NCBI GenBank assembly: GCA_951406725.2
Contig: OX597836.1
Span: forward strand, 4,154,001-4,218,000
From: Octopus vulgaris
Taxonomy: Eukaryota
Direction: 5' to 3'
Length of the DNA stretch: 64,000 nucleotides
Below, one piece after another: positions 15,132 through 28,225 of the stretch. Under the pieces are notes generated by a model. That model searched no databases, was not told the origin of the DNA, and was given only the letters and a program-made list of their open reading frames with translations. The translations under genes and the position numbers were made by a program. Each line of letters opens with the position of its first letter. Positions within the stretch are counted from its first letter, which is position 1.

Positions 15132-15298
15132 TACCTATTTCTTTACTACCCACAAAGGGCTAATCACAAAGAGGGCAAACAAGGACAGACAAAGGAATTA
15201 AGTCGATTATATCGACCCCAGTGCGTAACTGTACTTATTTAATCGACCCCGAAAGTATGAAAGGCAAAGTCGACCTCGCCGGAATTTGAACTCAGAAC
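15132..15298 (-). mobile_element. SINE family B, 5'-truncated
   Basis: acctatttctttactacccacaa...gtcgacctcgccggaatttgaactcagaac. Confidence 0.88.
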
Positions 15299-15333
15299 AT
15301 AGTTTTAAATAAGGTGATTATAATCAAAATAAG

Positions 15334-15441
15334 CAACAAGGATATCCAGAGGTAATACAGAAGGATCATGTCATGCGTTTGATGCGTTTCGTGGAGTCGC
15401 ATGAAACGATCGTACTACATTACCTCTGGATATCCTTGTTG
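15334..15441. repeat. 44-bp imperfect inverted repeat with 20-nt loop (Penelope-like end)
   Basis: Arms 15334-15377 and 15398-15441; outer 23 bp perfectly complementary; right arm holds GAAACGATCGTA. Confidence 0.8.
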
Positions 15442-15480
15442 ATATACATATACATATACATAGATACCTACATACATACG

Positions 15481-15551
<71 letters not shown>

Positions 15552-15650
15552 ATAACAATATTAGGGAATAAATCCAAACTTACAGGGAAAAATGTTTGAT
15601 TTGCCTAATAGTGGTTTTATCTCTAATTTAATATAATATATATATATGTT

Positions 15651-15937
15651 TGGCCGTTCGCCAACCTCGTCTGGCACCTGTGTCGGTGGCACATAAAAAC
15701 ACCATCCGATCGTGGCCGTCTGCCAGCCTCGTCTGGCACCTGTGTCGGTGGCACATAAGATCACCCACTACACTCTCGGAGTGGTTGGTGTTAGGAAGGG
15801 CATCCAGCTGTAGAAAGACTGCCAGATCTGACTGGCCTGGTGCAGCCTTCGAGCTTGCCAGACCCCAGTTGAACCGTCCAACCCATGCTAGCATGGAAAG
15901 CGGACGTTAAACGATGATGATGATGATGATGATGATG
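15651..15937 (+). mobile_element. 3' part of an RTE-tailed retroposon with two 62-bp tandem units and (GAT)n tail
   Basis: Units start at 15651 and 15713; ttaggaagggcatccagctgtagaaa...ggacgttaaacgatgatgat is an RTE-type 3' end. Confidence 0.75.
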
Positions 15938-16075
15938 AGAACGAATACGTTACTTTCATTAAGAAAACTTTAACAAAAAGAAGCAGAGAGATAATTTTAG
16001 TGTTCACCGCTAGGACAGAAACCTGGAAGATTTTCTACAAATCGAAGCCGAAAAAACATACAATATTTATAAATG

Positions 16076-16145
<70 letters not shown>

Positions 16146-16415
16146 GTTATATATACCAATGTGTGTGAGCATTTAAGTATTTCTATATATGTAGATATGT
16201 ATGAATGTGTGTGTGTGCGTGTGTGTATACACTTTAATACGTCCATGGTATATTAATATTCTCTCACACACACACCTCAATATATCATCGTGAAACTTTC
16301 CTTCTTGAACCAATCAATTAATTTCTTAAAGAAAACATAATTGTATAGATAATTCAACGAATCATATATAAGTATACTCAATGGTCTCATTTATACACAC
16401 ACACACACACCGAAG

Positions 16416-16533
<118 letters not shown>

Positions 16534-17083
16534 ATATGTATATATGAATATATACATATATTAGTACATTTCTGTATGTAGATCATATGTATATTATGTA
16601 TATATTTATGCATATATGGAGATCTTTAAATATATGTATATATATATATGTACTTATATATATATATATATATATATATATGCATATATATATGTATGTA
16701 TATATATGTATACACACACACATATATACATATATATAGATGTATGTTTATGTGTGTATGCAATTTATCATTTCATTTCATTTTTATTTTCTTTCTTATA
16801 CATCCTGTTCCTTAATTTTCTCGTCTTAATTTATTATTAACAAAATGGCGATTGTCGTGTGGAAAATTAATTTTGACAAAAATAAAGATTCTCTATCTTA
16901 ATCAAAATACGCGTGATGAATATATTGATATATGTTTAGGTTTGTAGATATTCAGTAGATATTACTCTGTATATATAAAAGTATTAGACATCTGTATGTA
17001 TTTGTGTGAAACCACCAATCTATGATTGAAGTGAATTATCGGTTTATTTATGCCATACATACGATTATGTAGGAATAGACACG

Positions 17084-17123
<40 letters not shown>

Positions 17124-17125
17124 CA

Positions 17126-17157
<32 letters not shown>

Positions 17158-17171
17158 GACATATATATATA

Positions 17172-17335
17172 TGTTGCGAAACAAGGTGGAAAAATACTAC
17201 TCGGATACCAGAAGTAGAGTAATATGCTTTATTACAAACCAGCAAAAACATTACAAAATTTGTTACTCGGAGTTTCACGTTCCCGTTCGTCAGACAGTTT
17301 TGTTTAGAATGGAGCAAGAGAACGTTATATACATA
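17172..17335 (-). mobile_element. Penelope-like terminal repeat fragment between TA tracts
   Basis: Minus strand carries a minimal hammerhead followed by AATAAA, then ends at (TA)n. Confidence 0.6.
17254..17302 (-). ncRNA. Minimal type I hammerhead ribozyme
   Basis: Minus strand CAAAAC-UGU CUGACGA ACG-GGAA-CGU GAAA CUC-C-GAG UA ACA-AAUUUUG: all core boxes present, stems I-III pair, GUA cleavage triplet. Confidence 0.8.
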
Positions 17336-17741
17336 AATATACAATTACTTTGATAGATACACATTTGAAAATGGTTTTGTTTCAGCGGTCCTTTCAACTA
17401 ATGGTCTTTTCAATAACCGGTTGCATGAAATAATAAATTGCGGTTTAAATTCATATTATTATAAAAATCGAAGCAAACCTTAAATCAAGAATAGCTTATG
17501 GAGAAGGAAGAAGGACTGAATACTCGGGGTATATAATTAGCTGTAAAAATAAAAATAGATTAATTAATTAAAAATATATCCGTTTAAAAAGCTTTCATGC
17601 TAAATTCCATATATATTTAGCAAAACATACACATACCAAATAATCTATAATATACACAAAACATCCAGACGTAGGTTTATGGTGGTATACATAAACAGAC
17701 ATATACAGGGAAAATATATATATATACAAATGCATATATAT

Positions 17742-17903
17742 AAGCGTAGGAGTGGCTGTGTGGTAAGTAGCTTGCTAACCAACCACATGGATCCGGGTTC
17801 AGTCCCACTGCGTGGCATCTTGGGCAAGTGTCTTCTGCTATAGCCCCGGGCCGACCAATGCCTTGTGAGTGGATTTGGTAGACGGAAACTGAAAGAAGCC
17901 TGT

Positions 17904-17969
<66 letters not shown>

Positions 17970-18193
17970 CGTGTGTGTGTTTGTGTGTCTGTGTTTATCT
18001 CCCTAGCATTGCTTGACAACCGATGCTGGTGTGTTTACGTTCCCGTTACTTAGCAGTTCAGCAAAAAGAGACCAATAGAATAAGTACTGGGCTTACAAAG
18101 AATATGTACCGGGGTCGATTTGCTCGATTAAAGACGGTGCTCCAGCATGGCCGCGGTCAAATGACTGAAACAAGTAAAAGAGTAAAAGAGTAA
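17742..18193 (+). mobile_element. Full-length SINE family A (tRNA head, CORE-like block, internal (TA)n(TG)n, LINE-like tail)
   Basis: A box TGGCTGTGTGG 17753-17763, B box GGTTCAGTCCC 17796-17806, cttgggcaagtgtctt, tail ending agtaaaagagtaaaagagtaa. Confidence 0.93.
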
Positions 18194-18338
18194 TATGTTT
18201 GCACGCACACACTCGTACGCGCACAAAACCTCGGATTTTGAAACATAGCAAGTGAATGATATTTAGGTTCATATGGATTAGCCATAACCATAGCTTCAAA
18301 TTTACGCAGTTTGATATTGTCGATTTTTCCCGTTAACA

Positions 18339-18600
18339 TCTGTGTCATCTCTTGTGAAAGGTAGGAGAGTCCAGTTTGCTGGACATTGTTGTAGAGCTGA
18401 AAAAGAAGTAATTTCTACTCTTCTCCTCTGGAAGCCATCTACTCGCAATACCAGAGGGCGCACACTCTCCTACCCTGATGTAATCTCCAGGGATACAGGC
18501 ATCCAGCAACAGGACTTCCGTAATGCTATGATGGACCGTGGAGTCTGGCGTAACATAGTAAATTCCATTGTCTCGACCACGGTCGAACAATGATGGTGAT
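18339..18600 (+). mobile_element. 3' end of an RTE-group LINE
   Basis: RRVQFAGHCCR...LLLWKP...RGRTLSYPDVISRDTG...AMMDRGVWR matches the RRLxFAGHxxR...RGR...DRxxWR C-terminus; short gat-type tail. Confidence 0.85.
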
Positions 18601-18849
18601 AAGAGTGAAATGCAGATTAGGAAGTTAATGATTTTTAAACACGAACAGGAAATAAACCTTCTTCATTCACAGCTGTTTCAATTAATATTTAAGAAGCAAT
18701 GTGGTGTGTATGTATATAACTGCGCGAATATTTGCGGCTGCAAGTCTGTAGAACCATTGTGAAAATGGTGTTCGCAGAACTTTCATAGGTCTTGTAGCTT
18801 TGTTCTTGCTGCAAGATTTGTAGCAACTATCTTCACTTTGCAATCCTAT

Positions 18850-19245
18850 TGGACGAAGTGGTTTAGCTGATGATGACCCGACCTTTATAGAAATTATACT
18901 GGATTACATGAAGCAATTACATTATGGGGAACTAGTTCCCGATAATCTTAATCAACACAAATTGAAAATCAGATTTTATAAAGCCGCAAACATAGAAATT
19001 ACGTCATTGAATATGAACATTGTAAATTGGATATATCTCAAGATGAACAGAAGCAAATGTCAGTCTATAATTAGGAAGAGAAGCTTACACTTTCAGATAA
19101 ATTGAATTCTCTCTGTATCATAGTAAGGCATAATGAATGGCAACTAAAAGCTCTTGAATTCTATGGGGTCGAAGATCGAGGGATAATCTTGCCTGCATTA
19201 TATGTGGTTGAATTAGTCTTTTAAAATCCGGACGATTCAACTGTT
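18850..19245 (+). pseudogene. Degraded RTE (BovB-like) ORF C-terminus
   Basis: KQLHYGEL...KIRF...W...NRSKCQSIIRK resembles PKQLLYGEL...KKRFKD...W...DRxxWRxxI. Confidence 0.65.
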
Positions 19246-20615
19246 GTTCGTTGACGAATGGGATTCTTCTATGCAGAGAGTTTCCAGGGCGCAAACGTGT
19301 TGAAAGTTGTGCTCAATGGCTGCCCAGGTCAATGTACGATGAAGAAGTCGCTGGTGCCGTCACTTTTCGTAATCGCGTCTGCTTTTATTTTTAACGAAAG
19401 TTATTTTTTTATGAAAATAAGATGAAAGGAAGAAGCTCAGGGTTAGGTAATCATCTCAGGCCCCATGATGAGAAATGTTATCAGAGTCAGGTATGACACT
19501 GCCATGTTTGAGCATATGGTTATCCTCGAAATTGAGATGACGAACACTAAACACACGCACGCACACGACCATAAACACACAAATACATACATACATACAA
19601 GATACATACATACATACATACATACATACATACATACATACATACATACATACATACATACATGCATACATACAAGATACAAACATACATATATACATAC
19701 AGACAGACAGACAGACAGACAGACAGTCAGACAGAGATACACACGTACATACATACATACATTTCGGAGAGAGAAATTGACCGGCTGATTCGTACATTAC
19801 AAGTGCAATCTGTGAGTGGAGCAGTAAAGATATGCATCCAAATGTGAATTTGTCTGTGTTAACTACATCTCAAAGATGGATCCTTGTATCTTTGTTGGAA
19901 ACCGGTTCCCTCCTCAGTGGGAGATTTATAATAATTAAAAATAGAAGAGACGTAAAAGACAACAAATCCAAGGAATCGCCAGAACTGTAAAATGTGTAAA
20001 ACGTTCCAGAAGTTTATCATTGAAATATATATGACCATGTCTACACATGCAACTATATGCATAAGAATACATACATTAAACAAGGCATACAGATATGCAC
20101 ATACACGGACCACAAATACTGCATATATATGCAAATAGATTCCTATATACTCTGTTGGTGATGGTGAAATTCTAATGGAAGAGCCTTTGATCACAGAAAC
20201 CGACTCTTTCGCTATTGGCAAGAGACTGTGAGATGATACGAAACTGAACGATGACATACGCACAACTTACAAGAAGCGTATCACCGCAGCACTCTCACTG
20301 CGCCTATCCCCGAACCCACATTCGTCCTTCTACGCTGGTCCCTGCAAAACCTCAGTGAAATAGATCTACGAACACGTAAGCTGATCAGTGATACTGCAAT
20401 CTGTCTTTCTATATATATATATTAAGAGAGAGAAAGAAAGAGAAGAGACACTCAGACAGACAGACAGAGAAAAAGAGAGAGTGGTCTGAATGTATGCGTT
20501 CTTTTATACTTATATGTATGTGTAGATGTAAATTCATACATTAACCCACACACATATAAATGCATACATACACACGCTGATACACACACACAAGCACACA
20601 CACACTCATATATAT

Positions 20616-20687
<72 letters not shown>

Positions 20688-21118
20688 ACACACAAAACAC
20701 ACACACGCACACATAATATGACGAAAAATTGCTCTTGCATCAATCAATTTCTATAACGAAAGCATAAATGTGAAGATAATTTCACGAATCCTATGTAAGT
20801 ATGTAAGTATATTTATTTTTTCTTGTCGTTAGTTTACATTTTTTTCTTATATATAATTTATAGTTTCGCTTATTTATCACTGATTTCTTCATTTAGTTTT
20901 GTTTTCTCTTCAGTAATTTTCTCGTCTTAATTTATTATTAACAAAATACTGATTGTCGTTTAGAAAATTAACTAGAAAAAAAAAACACAAAAATTTGATA
21001 GCCAAATCAGAAAACGGGTGATTAATAGATAGATAAATGTACTGGTGTATAGTTATGTATTGTTATTAGAACGGGTGTATATGCGAATGTATCTAGCGAT
21101 ATATATATATTATATACG

Positions 21119-21196
<78 letters not shown>

Positions 21197-21227
21197 ATTC
21201 GTATATATAATGTATACTCTTTTACTC

Positions 21228-21413
21228 TGTTATACTTTTACTAATTTCAGTCATTTTCAATGCGGCCATGCTGGAGCACCGCCTTTAGTTGAACACATCG
21301 ACTTATTCTTTATGTCTTATTTTTATCCGTCTCTTTTGCTGAACCGCAAAGTTAAGGGAACCTATTGTCAAGCGATGGTAGGAGGACGAACACAACCAGA
21401 AACACCCAGATAC

Positions 21414-21475
<62 letters not shown>

Positions 21476-21476
21476 A

Positions 21477-21509
<33 letters not shown>

Positions 21510-21530
21510 ACCTATCTGTCTGTCTGACTG

Positions 21531-21591
<61 letters not shown>

Positions 21592-21868
21592 ATTCCGGGT
21601 ACAGTCCCACTGCACGGCACCGTGGGCAAGTGTCTTCTACTATAGCCTCGGACCGGCCAAAGCCTAAAGCCTTATATATAGTTATATATATATATTTAGG
21701 ACGGGCTTCTTTTAGTCTCTGTCTACCAAGTCCACTCACAAGGCTTTAGGCTTTGGTCGGTCCGAGGCTATAGTAGAAGACACTTGCCACGCTGCCGTGC
21801 AGTGGGACTGTACCCGGAATCACGTGGTTGGGAGTCAAGCTCCTTACCACACAGCCACACCTGCGCCT
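21228..21868 (-). mobile_element. SINE family A copy with internal (TATC)n and an inverted duplication of its own head
   Basis: Tail 21228-21410, (TATC)n, inverted head piece 21592-21673, head 21699-21868. Confidence 0.85.
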
Positions 21869-21944
21869 GTTACCTGTGATGTCTTGGTAGCTTTAGGTAT
21901 ATATGTTTGCCTAAATTGGTAATTTTCTAAAAGTTAAATTATTG

Positions 21945-22548
21945 TGAGAAGAAATGTTTATCGCCGTTCCAATATGGCTGTTTCGAAGAACCCGGCATTA
22001 CTGCTGTCTTTAACCCAGATACAGTCTACCTCCAGCTAGTTGTCGGTGCAACTCATACCCGATATATATTTCAAGAAGGGGAGCAAACCCCTACCATCTT
22101 CTAGCAGACCACAAGACCTGCAGACCATAAAGATTCCAGCTGTTTGCATTTAGTTATCCTCAGTGGTGGACTCCCACCCGCTTTCTATAGCAAACCCTTA
22201 CCATCTTCTAGCAGACGATAGGATCAGCACACCCTGCGCTGTCGAGTTATTTATACACAACCTCAGTGGACACTCGTCCGCTATTTGTAGTTCATCCACA
22301 GAGCTGAATACCCGCCTGCCATCTCTAACGCACTGGTGCCCACCACAGAAGATGAACACAAATAGCTCCAAACCGTACGGTCTGCTGGTCCCGTCGTCTG
22401 CTAGAAGACGGTAGGAGTTCGCTCCCTTGCTTGCAATATATATCAGGTGCGGGTTGTTTCGCTAACCGGCTGGAGGGAGCTCCACCTGGTGTTAAAAACG
22501 GTAGTAACTTCGGTTCCATACTGATGTGGCGATAAACATTAATTCTCA
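21945..22548. mobile_element. Unclassified element bounded by ~155-165-bp imperfect inverted repeats
   Basis: 21945-22109 aligns to the reverse complement of 22396-22548; third partial copy at 22189-22223. Confidence 0.7.
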
Positions 22549-23113
22549 ATAGAGTTGCTGCTTTCATCTCTTAGGGAGATTTTCTAACTTGTTACTTTAC
22601 TTACTTTAAATCATAAATATTTCCTGATGTTGCTCTTCTTGGCAAAAGAATTTTGATGTTATTGTTGGGTAATTGCTGGTCCGGTGCCAAAATGGGAAAC
22701 CAATGCCATTGTAGCAATCGCAGTGATATTTTCATTTGGAGCTGAGTAACCGAATATCTACGTGATTAACGCAATGAGAAAAGTTTACTGTGCTATCGAA
22801 GAGCTTACTTGGAAAGTGTCGAAATAAAATGAAATTAATATAAAATATTGCAGACTGCTTCAACTACCTGGCAAAGACTGTACCATTTACATCTCCTCCT
22901 CTTCTGCCTCTTGATCTTCCTCTTCAGTTTGCAATGCTTTCTTCAGCCTACCTCTTGTGTTATCAACCATTGTTCCTTATAGTGTAGTTAAACGAATGTC
23001 TTAAGTTTAAAATTGGTTGAACTTAACCATTCCTCATATCAGGTTCTAACTGTACCGAATGTACAAGTGAACATTTTGAGATATGTTATGCTAAAAAGTA
23101 TTACCTCCTAGCG

Positions 23114-23296
23114 CAGTAGTTCCCAAACTTGGGTCCGAAAAGGTAGTACTGGGCGCCCGTGAACTAAATTCAAAATTTCATATACATACATACAAATGGA
23201 TAAGCATAATAAAAAGGGTCCGTGGGAAAACTCATTTAAATAAAAGGGTTTGGGAATCACCGTTGGGAACCATTTGAAAACGGTTGGAAATCACTG
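23114..23296. mobile_element. hAT (Charlie-type) MITE
   Basis: TIRs cagtagttcccaaac / gttggaaatcactg; 8-bp flanks tcctagcg / ttctagac resemble the NTCTAGAN target. Confidence 0.75.
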
Positions 23297-23459
23297 TTCT
23301 AGACTGTGTTATTTTTCATTCGATAACTTGTGTTAATTTAAATGTTTACCAATATTCCGTTTGCGCATAGAGTTTATATTCTAAATCTGTTTCTATGGCA
23401 TCATGAATCATTTGTGTGTTTGTAGCACCACAGTTTTATAATATGCTTGCTTAACAATG

Positions 23460-24185
23460 CCCATAGCATTTTCTTCAATTTTTACTCGAAGAAAAATATT
23501 TTGTTGTTGTCTTTCTATTGTGGTACAACCAGAGACAAAAATCTGTCCGGTTCAACACTTGCTGTTCTAGGTTAGACTCCACTCGGTTTAATAATTGCAT
23601 TGATAAAATTGGACACTATTTGCACTGGATGGCATTCCCTTACTTCGGTTCAAAAATGAGAATTGATAAGTCTACCAATGTAGACGAAAATCATCGTCGT
23701 TTCTGGGATAAAGTATTCAAGCTGATTGTGATATTTACATCAGTGTATCAAGCATTCTAGTAAAAAACAACAACAAAAAAACACTAATAAAACGCCTTCT
23801 CATAGATATGGTAATCCGAGCAGACTGCAACATTCCCGTGGAATGGCATAGCAAGTATAAGGGACCCAAAACTGTTGCGCCATACAACAATATCAGGGAT
23901 CATTGAGGATTTGATGATAATAGTATCATATTGCTTAACTAAACACTGGTCAAATATGCAAAAGCTCCAAATTATCGCAATTAAAGTAAAAATTACTCAA
24001 GCCTACTGCCGACATCCGAAGAAAGCTTGAGACTTTAAAAAATCTTTCCAAATCAGATATATTGCCACAAGCATTGAATACAAATTCAGTTCTGTATATT
24101 TGGTCCCCTTCCTCTGAAATACGCCATTGCAGCTCATATATAACGCCAACAATTAAACACATGGCTTGCTGTTTCTTAAAATCTC
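23460..24185 (+). pseudogene. Probable piggyBac transposase fossil
   Basis: Motifs in order across frames: PIAFSSIFT...IVVQ; FPYFGSKM...DKVFKL; PKTVAPYN...VSY...KL; terminal Cys-rich CCF. Confidence 0.45.
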
Positions 24186-24319
24186 TGAGGAAGGATTCGA
24201 GAAATATCGCGTGAAACAAAGCAACGGAAAAAAGTATAATGGTAATTAATTTAGAGCAATGCTAATAATACTAATTGTATCAGTTGTGGAAAATAATAAT
24301 AACAATAAAAATAATAATA

Positions 24320-24355
<36 letters not shown>

Positions 24356-24487
24356 AACATAATTATGATAATGAAGGTATTAATGAAAATTGCCATAATT
24401 ATCTGAGTTTCATAATTATTTCGGCTCATTTATATCATAATAATTATTTGTCTTAACTATGCACTATTGAGTACTTATACATGCATG

Positions 24488-24547
<60 letters not shown>

Positions 24548-24623
24548 GATATATACAAACATATATATCCATAAATACATATGTACCAATATGCTCTCCT
24601 AGAATTGGGAGTGTATTCAAATG

Positions 24624-24687
<64 letters not shown>

Positions 24688-24870
24688 GATAGATATATAC
24701 ATACATACATACATACATATATACGCATAAATTTTCTTCATATATAATTGTATATATGCATCGTTATTACATAGTTTCATAGAATCTGTAATTACATGTA
24801 TACGAAAATATTAACACTTGTGTGCAACGGTGCACATAGACAGAGACACAATATATACATATACGTATAC

Positions 24871-24933
<63 letters not shown>

Positions 24934-25076
24934 TATATATATATGTGTGTGTGTGTATGTGTATGTCTTTATATATATATATATATATATATGTATATGT
25001 ATATATATATATGTATTTATATATATATATATTAATATATACATTCTTATGATTGTAAAAAATACATATGTATATA

Positions 25077-25232
25077 CAGAGGAGTGGATATGTGGTAAGT
25101 AGCTTGCTTACTACGTGGTTCCGAGTTCAGTCCCACTACGTGACATCTTGGGCAAGTATCCTCTACTAGAGTCTCGGGCCGACCAAATCTTTGGGAGTGA
25201 ATTTGTTAGACGGAAACCGAAAGAAGCCCATC

Positions 25233-25235
<3 letters not shown>
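25077..25235 (+). mobile_element. SINE family A, 5' half
   Basis: ggagtggatatgtggtaagtagcttgctt...gttcagtcccac...gaaagaagcccatcgta then (TA)n(GA)n. Confidence 0.85.
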
Positions 25236-25299
<64 letters not shown>

Positions 25300-25397
25300 C
25301 GCACACAATATACATGCACAAATATATATATGTATATATATAGATAGATACATGCTTACATTCACCAGTACACGTGTGACGGAAAGTTTAGTGTCTC

Positions 25398-25438
<41 letters not shown>

Positions 25439-25978
25439 GTGTGTGTGTGTGTGTGTGTGCGTGTGTATGTGTGTGCGTGTGTGTGGATGTCCCGTCATGT
25501 GTGAGGCTGAATAGTCGAAATATTGTACACCTTCATTTATTTTCCCGAATGTATTAAGTATGCTTGTGTTTTATAGAGTGTAATTATATTTGTACTGAAC
25601 GCATTCACTCCGACACTCGACACACATTTACACACGCGTCGACAATCGCTGAGCACGGACACAGATAATCAATCCACCACAACTTCGCTTCTACATACAC
25701 AACATAGATGTACTGCGTAGATTTTTTTCTCTCTACACACATGCACACATTCCTACTTATAAATTACAGTTTTTGATTAAATTTCTGATACGTTTACATA
25801 TGCATACATACATACATTCATACATACAGTCATACATACATATATACCTATACCTCTATATGTATATGTAAATGTATGTATGTACACATATACATACGTG
25901 TATGTATATGTATATATACATATATATATATATACATATATATATGTACACATATACATACATATGTATCTGTGTGTA

Positions 25979-26050
<72 letters not shown>

Positions 26051-26081
26051 CATACATATACATACATACATACATATATAA

Positions 26082-26113
<32 letters not shown>

Positions 26114-26784
26114 ACATCTATGCACTTATATATATACGCGCACCATCTCACACATATATTAACACAAACTGTCCACATGTATATATGCGTGTATGTATGC
26201 ATATATATATATATATACATTAACATATACATATACATACACACACACAGGTACATATATCATTATAAATGCATATACAATTCAGTACTTATAATATCCA
26301 ATACCAATAATTTAAAAATGTAAGTTCTTAATTTATATATATGTATATATATATATATATTAACGTGTGTTTTAGTGTGTCAAACTATACACATTTATTC
26401 ATACATACGTGTCTACATAAATGCGTTAATGAGAAATTATTAATCTATTTATCTCCAGTAGTTCGTTATTTACATCCTGTTGTAATGTAATAATCGATTT
26501 TTAGTAAACAAAAGTATTATTAAACATTTTGGAATTCTCTCTTCTTTTCTCTCTATTTTACGCATGTGTTTTATTCGTGTAGGAGTGTATATGGCTGCGT
26601 ATCTCTCAATATGTGTGTGTGTGCGTATAATGTGAGCGTATGTGTGTGTATATGTATGATTGTTATAATTCTATATGCTTGTATGTAACTAATTTTCTAT
26701 TCATATATGTTTGAATTTTAGTGTATAAAAGCTGATATTTGTATATATGTGCGGATCGTTGCATTATGAATGTATTTACATAGA

Positions 26785-26840
<56 letters not shown>

Positions 26841-26876
26841 GTGTGTGTGTGTGTGTGTATACTTTCGCACATATAT

Positions 26877-26909
<33 letters not shown>

Positions 26910-27299
26910 AGTATATATCTTTAGATATGTTCCTATCTGGTCATGTGTGTGTGTGCCTGTCTGATTGTGTGTTTGTGTGAGTTACTATGTGTATGCATGT
27001 ATGCATATATTATATTAGTGTATTTATGGAATCAAATACATTTGTGTATGGAATTAGATATATGTGTATATATCAATCGGTTTATTGACGCAAAGTGGCC
27101 GCATGAATACAGAATTGTCTCTGCAATCAAGAGACCTCGGCTCCTTTCTACGGTCTGGCATCCTAGGAAAATGTTTTTGCTAAAGCATCGAGTTGAATGA
27201 AGTCTTCTGAGTGGAACAGGGTGGGATGAATCTGGGTGAGAGACCTTCACTTATAATGTACCTGTAATTAACACGTACTTAGTTATTGTTTAAATTTTC

Positions 27300-28026
27300 A
27301 CACTTCTCAGGCATTCTACCTGCGATCTAATTCCATGTAGAAAGGTTTATTTTGTTTGAGCGATCGAAAACTCATCGTCGAAAGCTTAACGCTTAATCAC
27401 AAGTCATCGGGTAGCAATCCGCTTCAAATCTATTGTTGCCTGGATACTGAGCTCGATCCCGTATCCCCAGTAGTTGATTCCATTGGTCCTTGTGGCCTTC
27501 ACTATTTTGACCCCATCCTGCATGTTGAACAATATGCCTGTCATCAACCATGCTTCTTCTAGTTCTGGGGGTACTTTCCCTACTCGCACCCTGGCCACAC
27601 TTTTGCCACAGTACGTCGGCAAAAGTACCCAATCTTCCGATCTTATTGCCTCCGTTGCGAGCTTGATTGCCTCTTCCTCTGCCGCAAAGCGCACCTCCAC
27701 GGTGGCATACTTCCTTCCTCTTGTTATAAAAGTTGTTAATTTTTAATGCTTTTCAATACCTCTTCGATTTCTTCCACTGTCACAATCTCTATCTTTCTCG
27801 TTGCTGTTTTCATTGTTTTATATGTAACTGTTCGTCTCATTACACTGTTTGTCAGCTCTGCAGGTGGCGTCAACTTCAACGTCTCTCCATCCTTCTCCAG
27901 CATCTTTTCACATCTCTTCATTTTCCTTGGTTCCACCTTAATTTCAATTATCTCCAGCGTTCCCTCTTCCGATCCTCTTCCAGTTGCGGCCGCATAACTG
28001 TGACCGCCCGCTGGCGTTTGCTTCAT
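27300..28026 (-). pseudogene. Frameshifted retroelement ORF1 (L1/Tx1-like gag)
   Basis: MKQTPAGGHSYAAATG...EEIEEVLK, frameshift near 27735, then VEVRF...VRVGKVPPELEEAWL; N-terminal SYAAA and VxVxxVPP motifs typical of Tx1-type ORF1. Confidence 0.65.
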
Positions 28027-28189
28027 TTTCCCCTCAATGGGAAAAATAAAACAACAACAATTAACAATATCAACAATCGAACAGCAATAAACGAACAATT
28101 ATTTAACGCTCTTACTGAAACAAAACACTCCGTCATAACCGACTCAACTCCAAAAATATCGCTGTTAAATACTCTCCGACTCTACTACT

Positions 28190-28225
28190 ACTGACCTCTG
28201 ACAACGACTGACTGTCGGATTTTAT
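28190..28225 (-). promoter_or_regulatory. TATA box plus TCAGT initiator upstream of the ORF1
   Basis: Minus strand TATAAA at 28225-28220 with TCAGT starting 31 nt downstream. Confidence 0.4.

Noticed and set aside
17742-17815. tRNA gene calls for SINE heads
   Set aside because: A/B boxes present but no full cloverleaf or T-run terminator; they continue into SINE bodies
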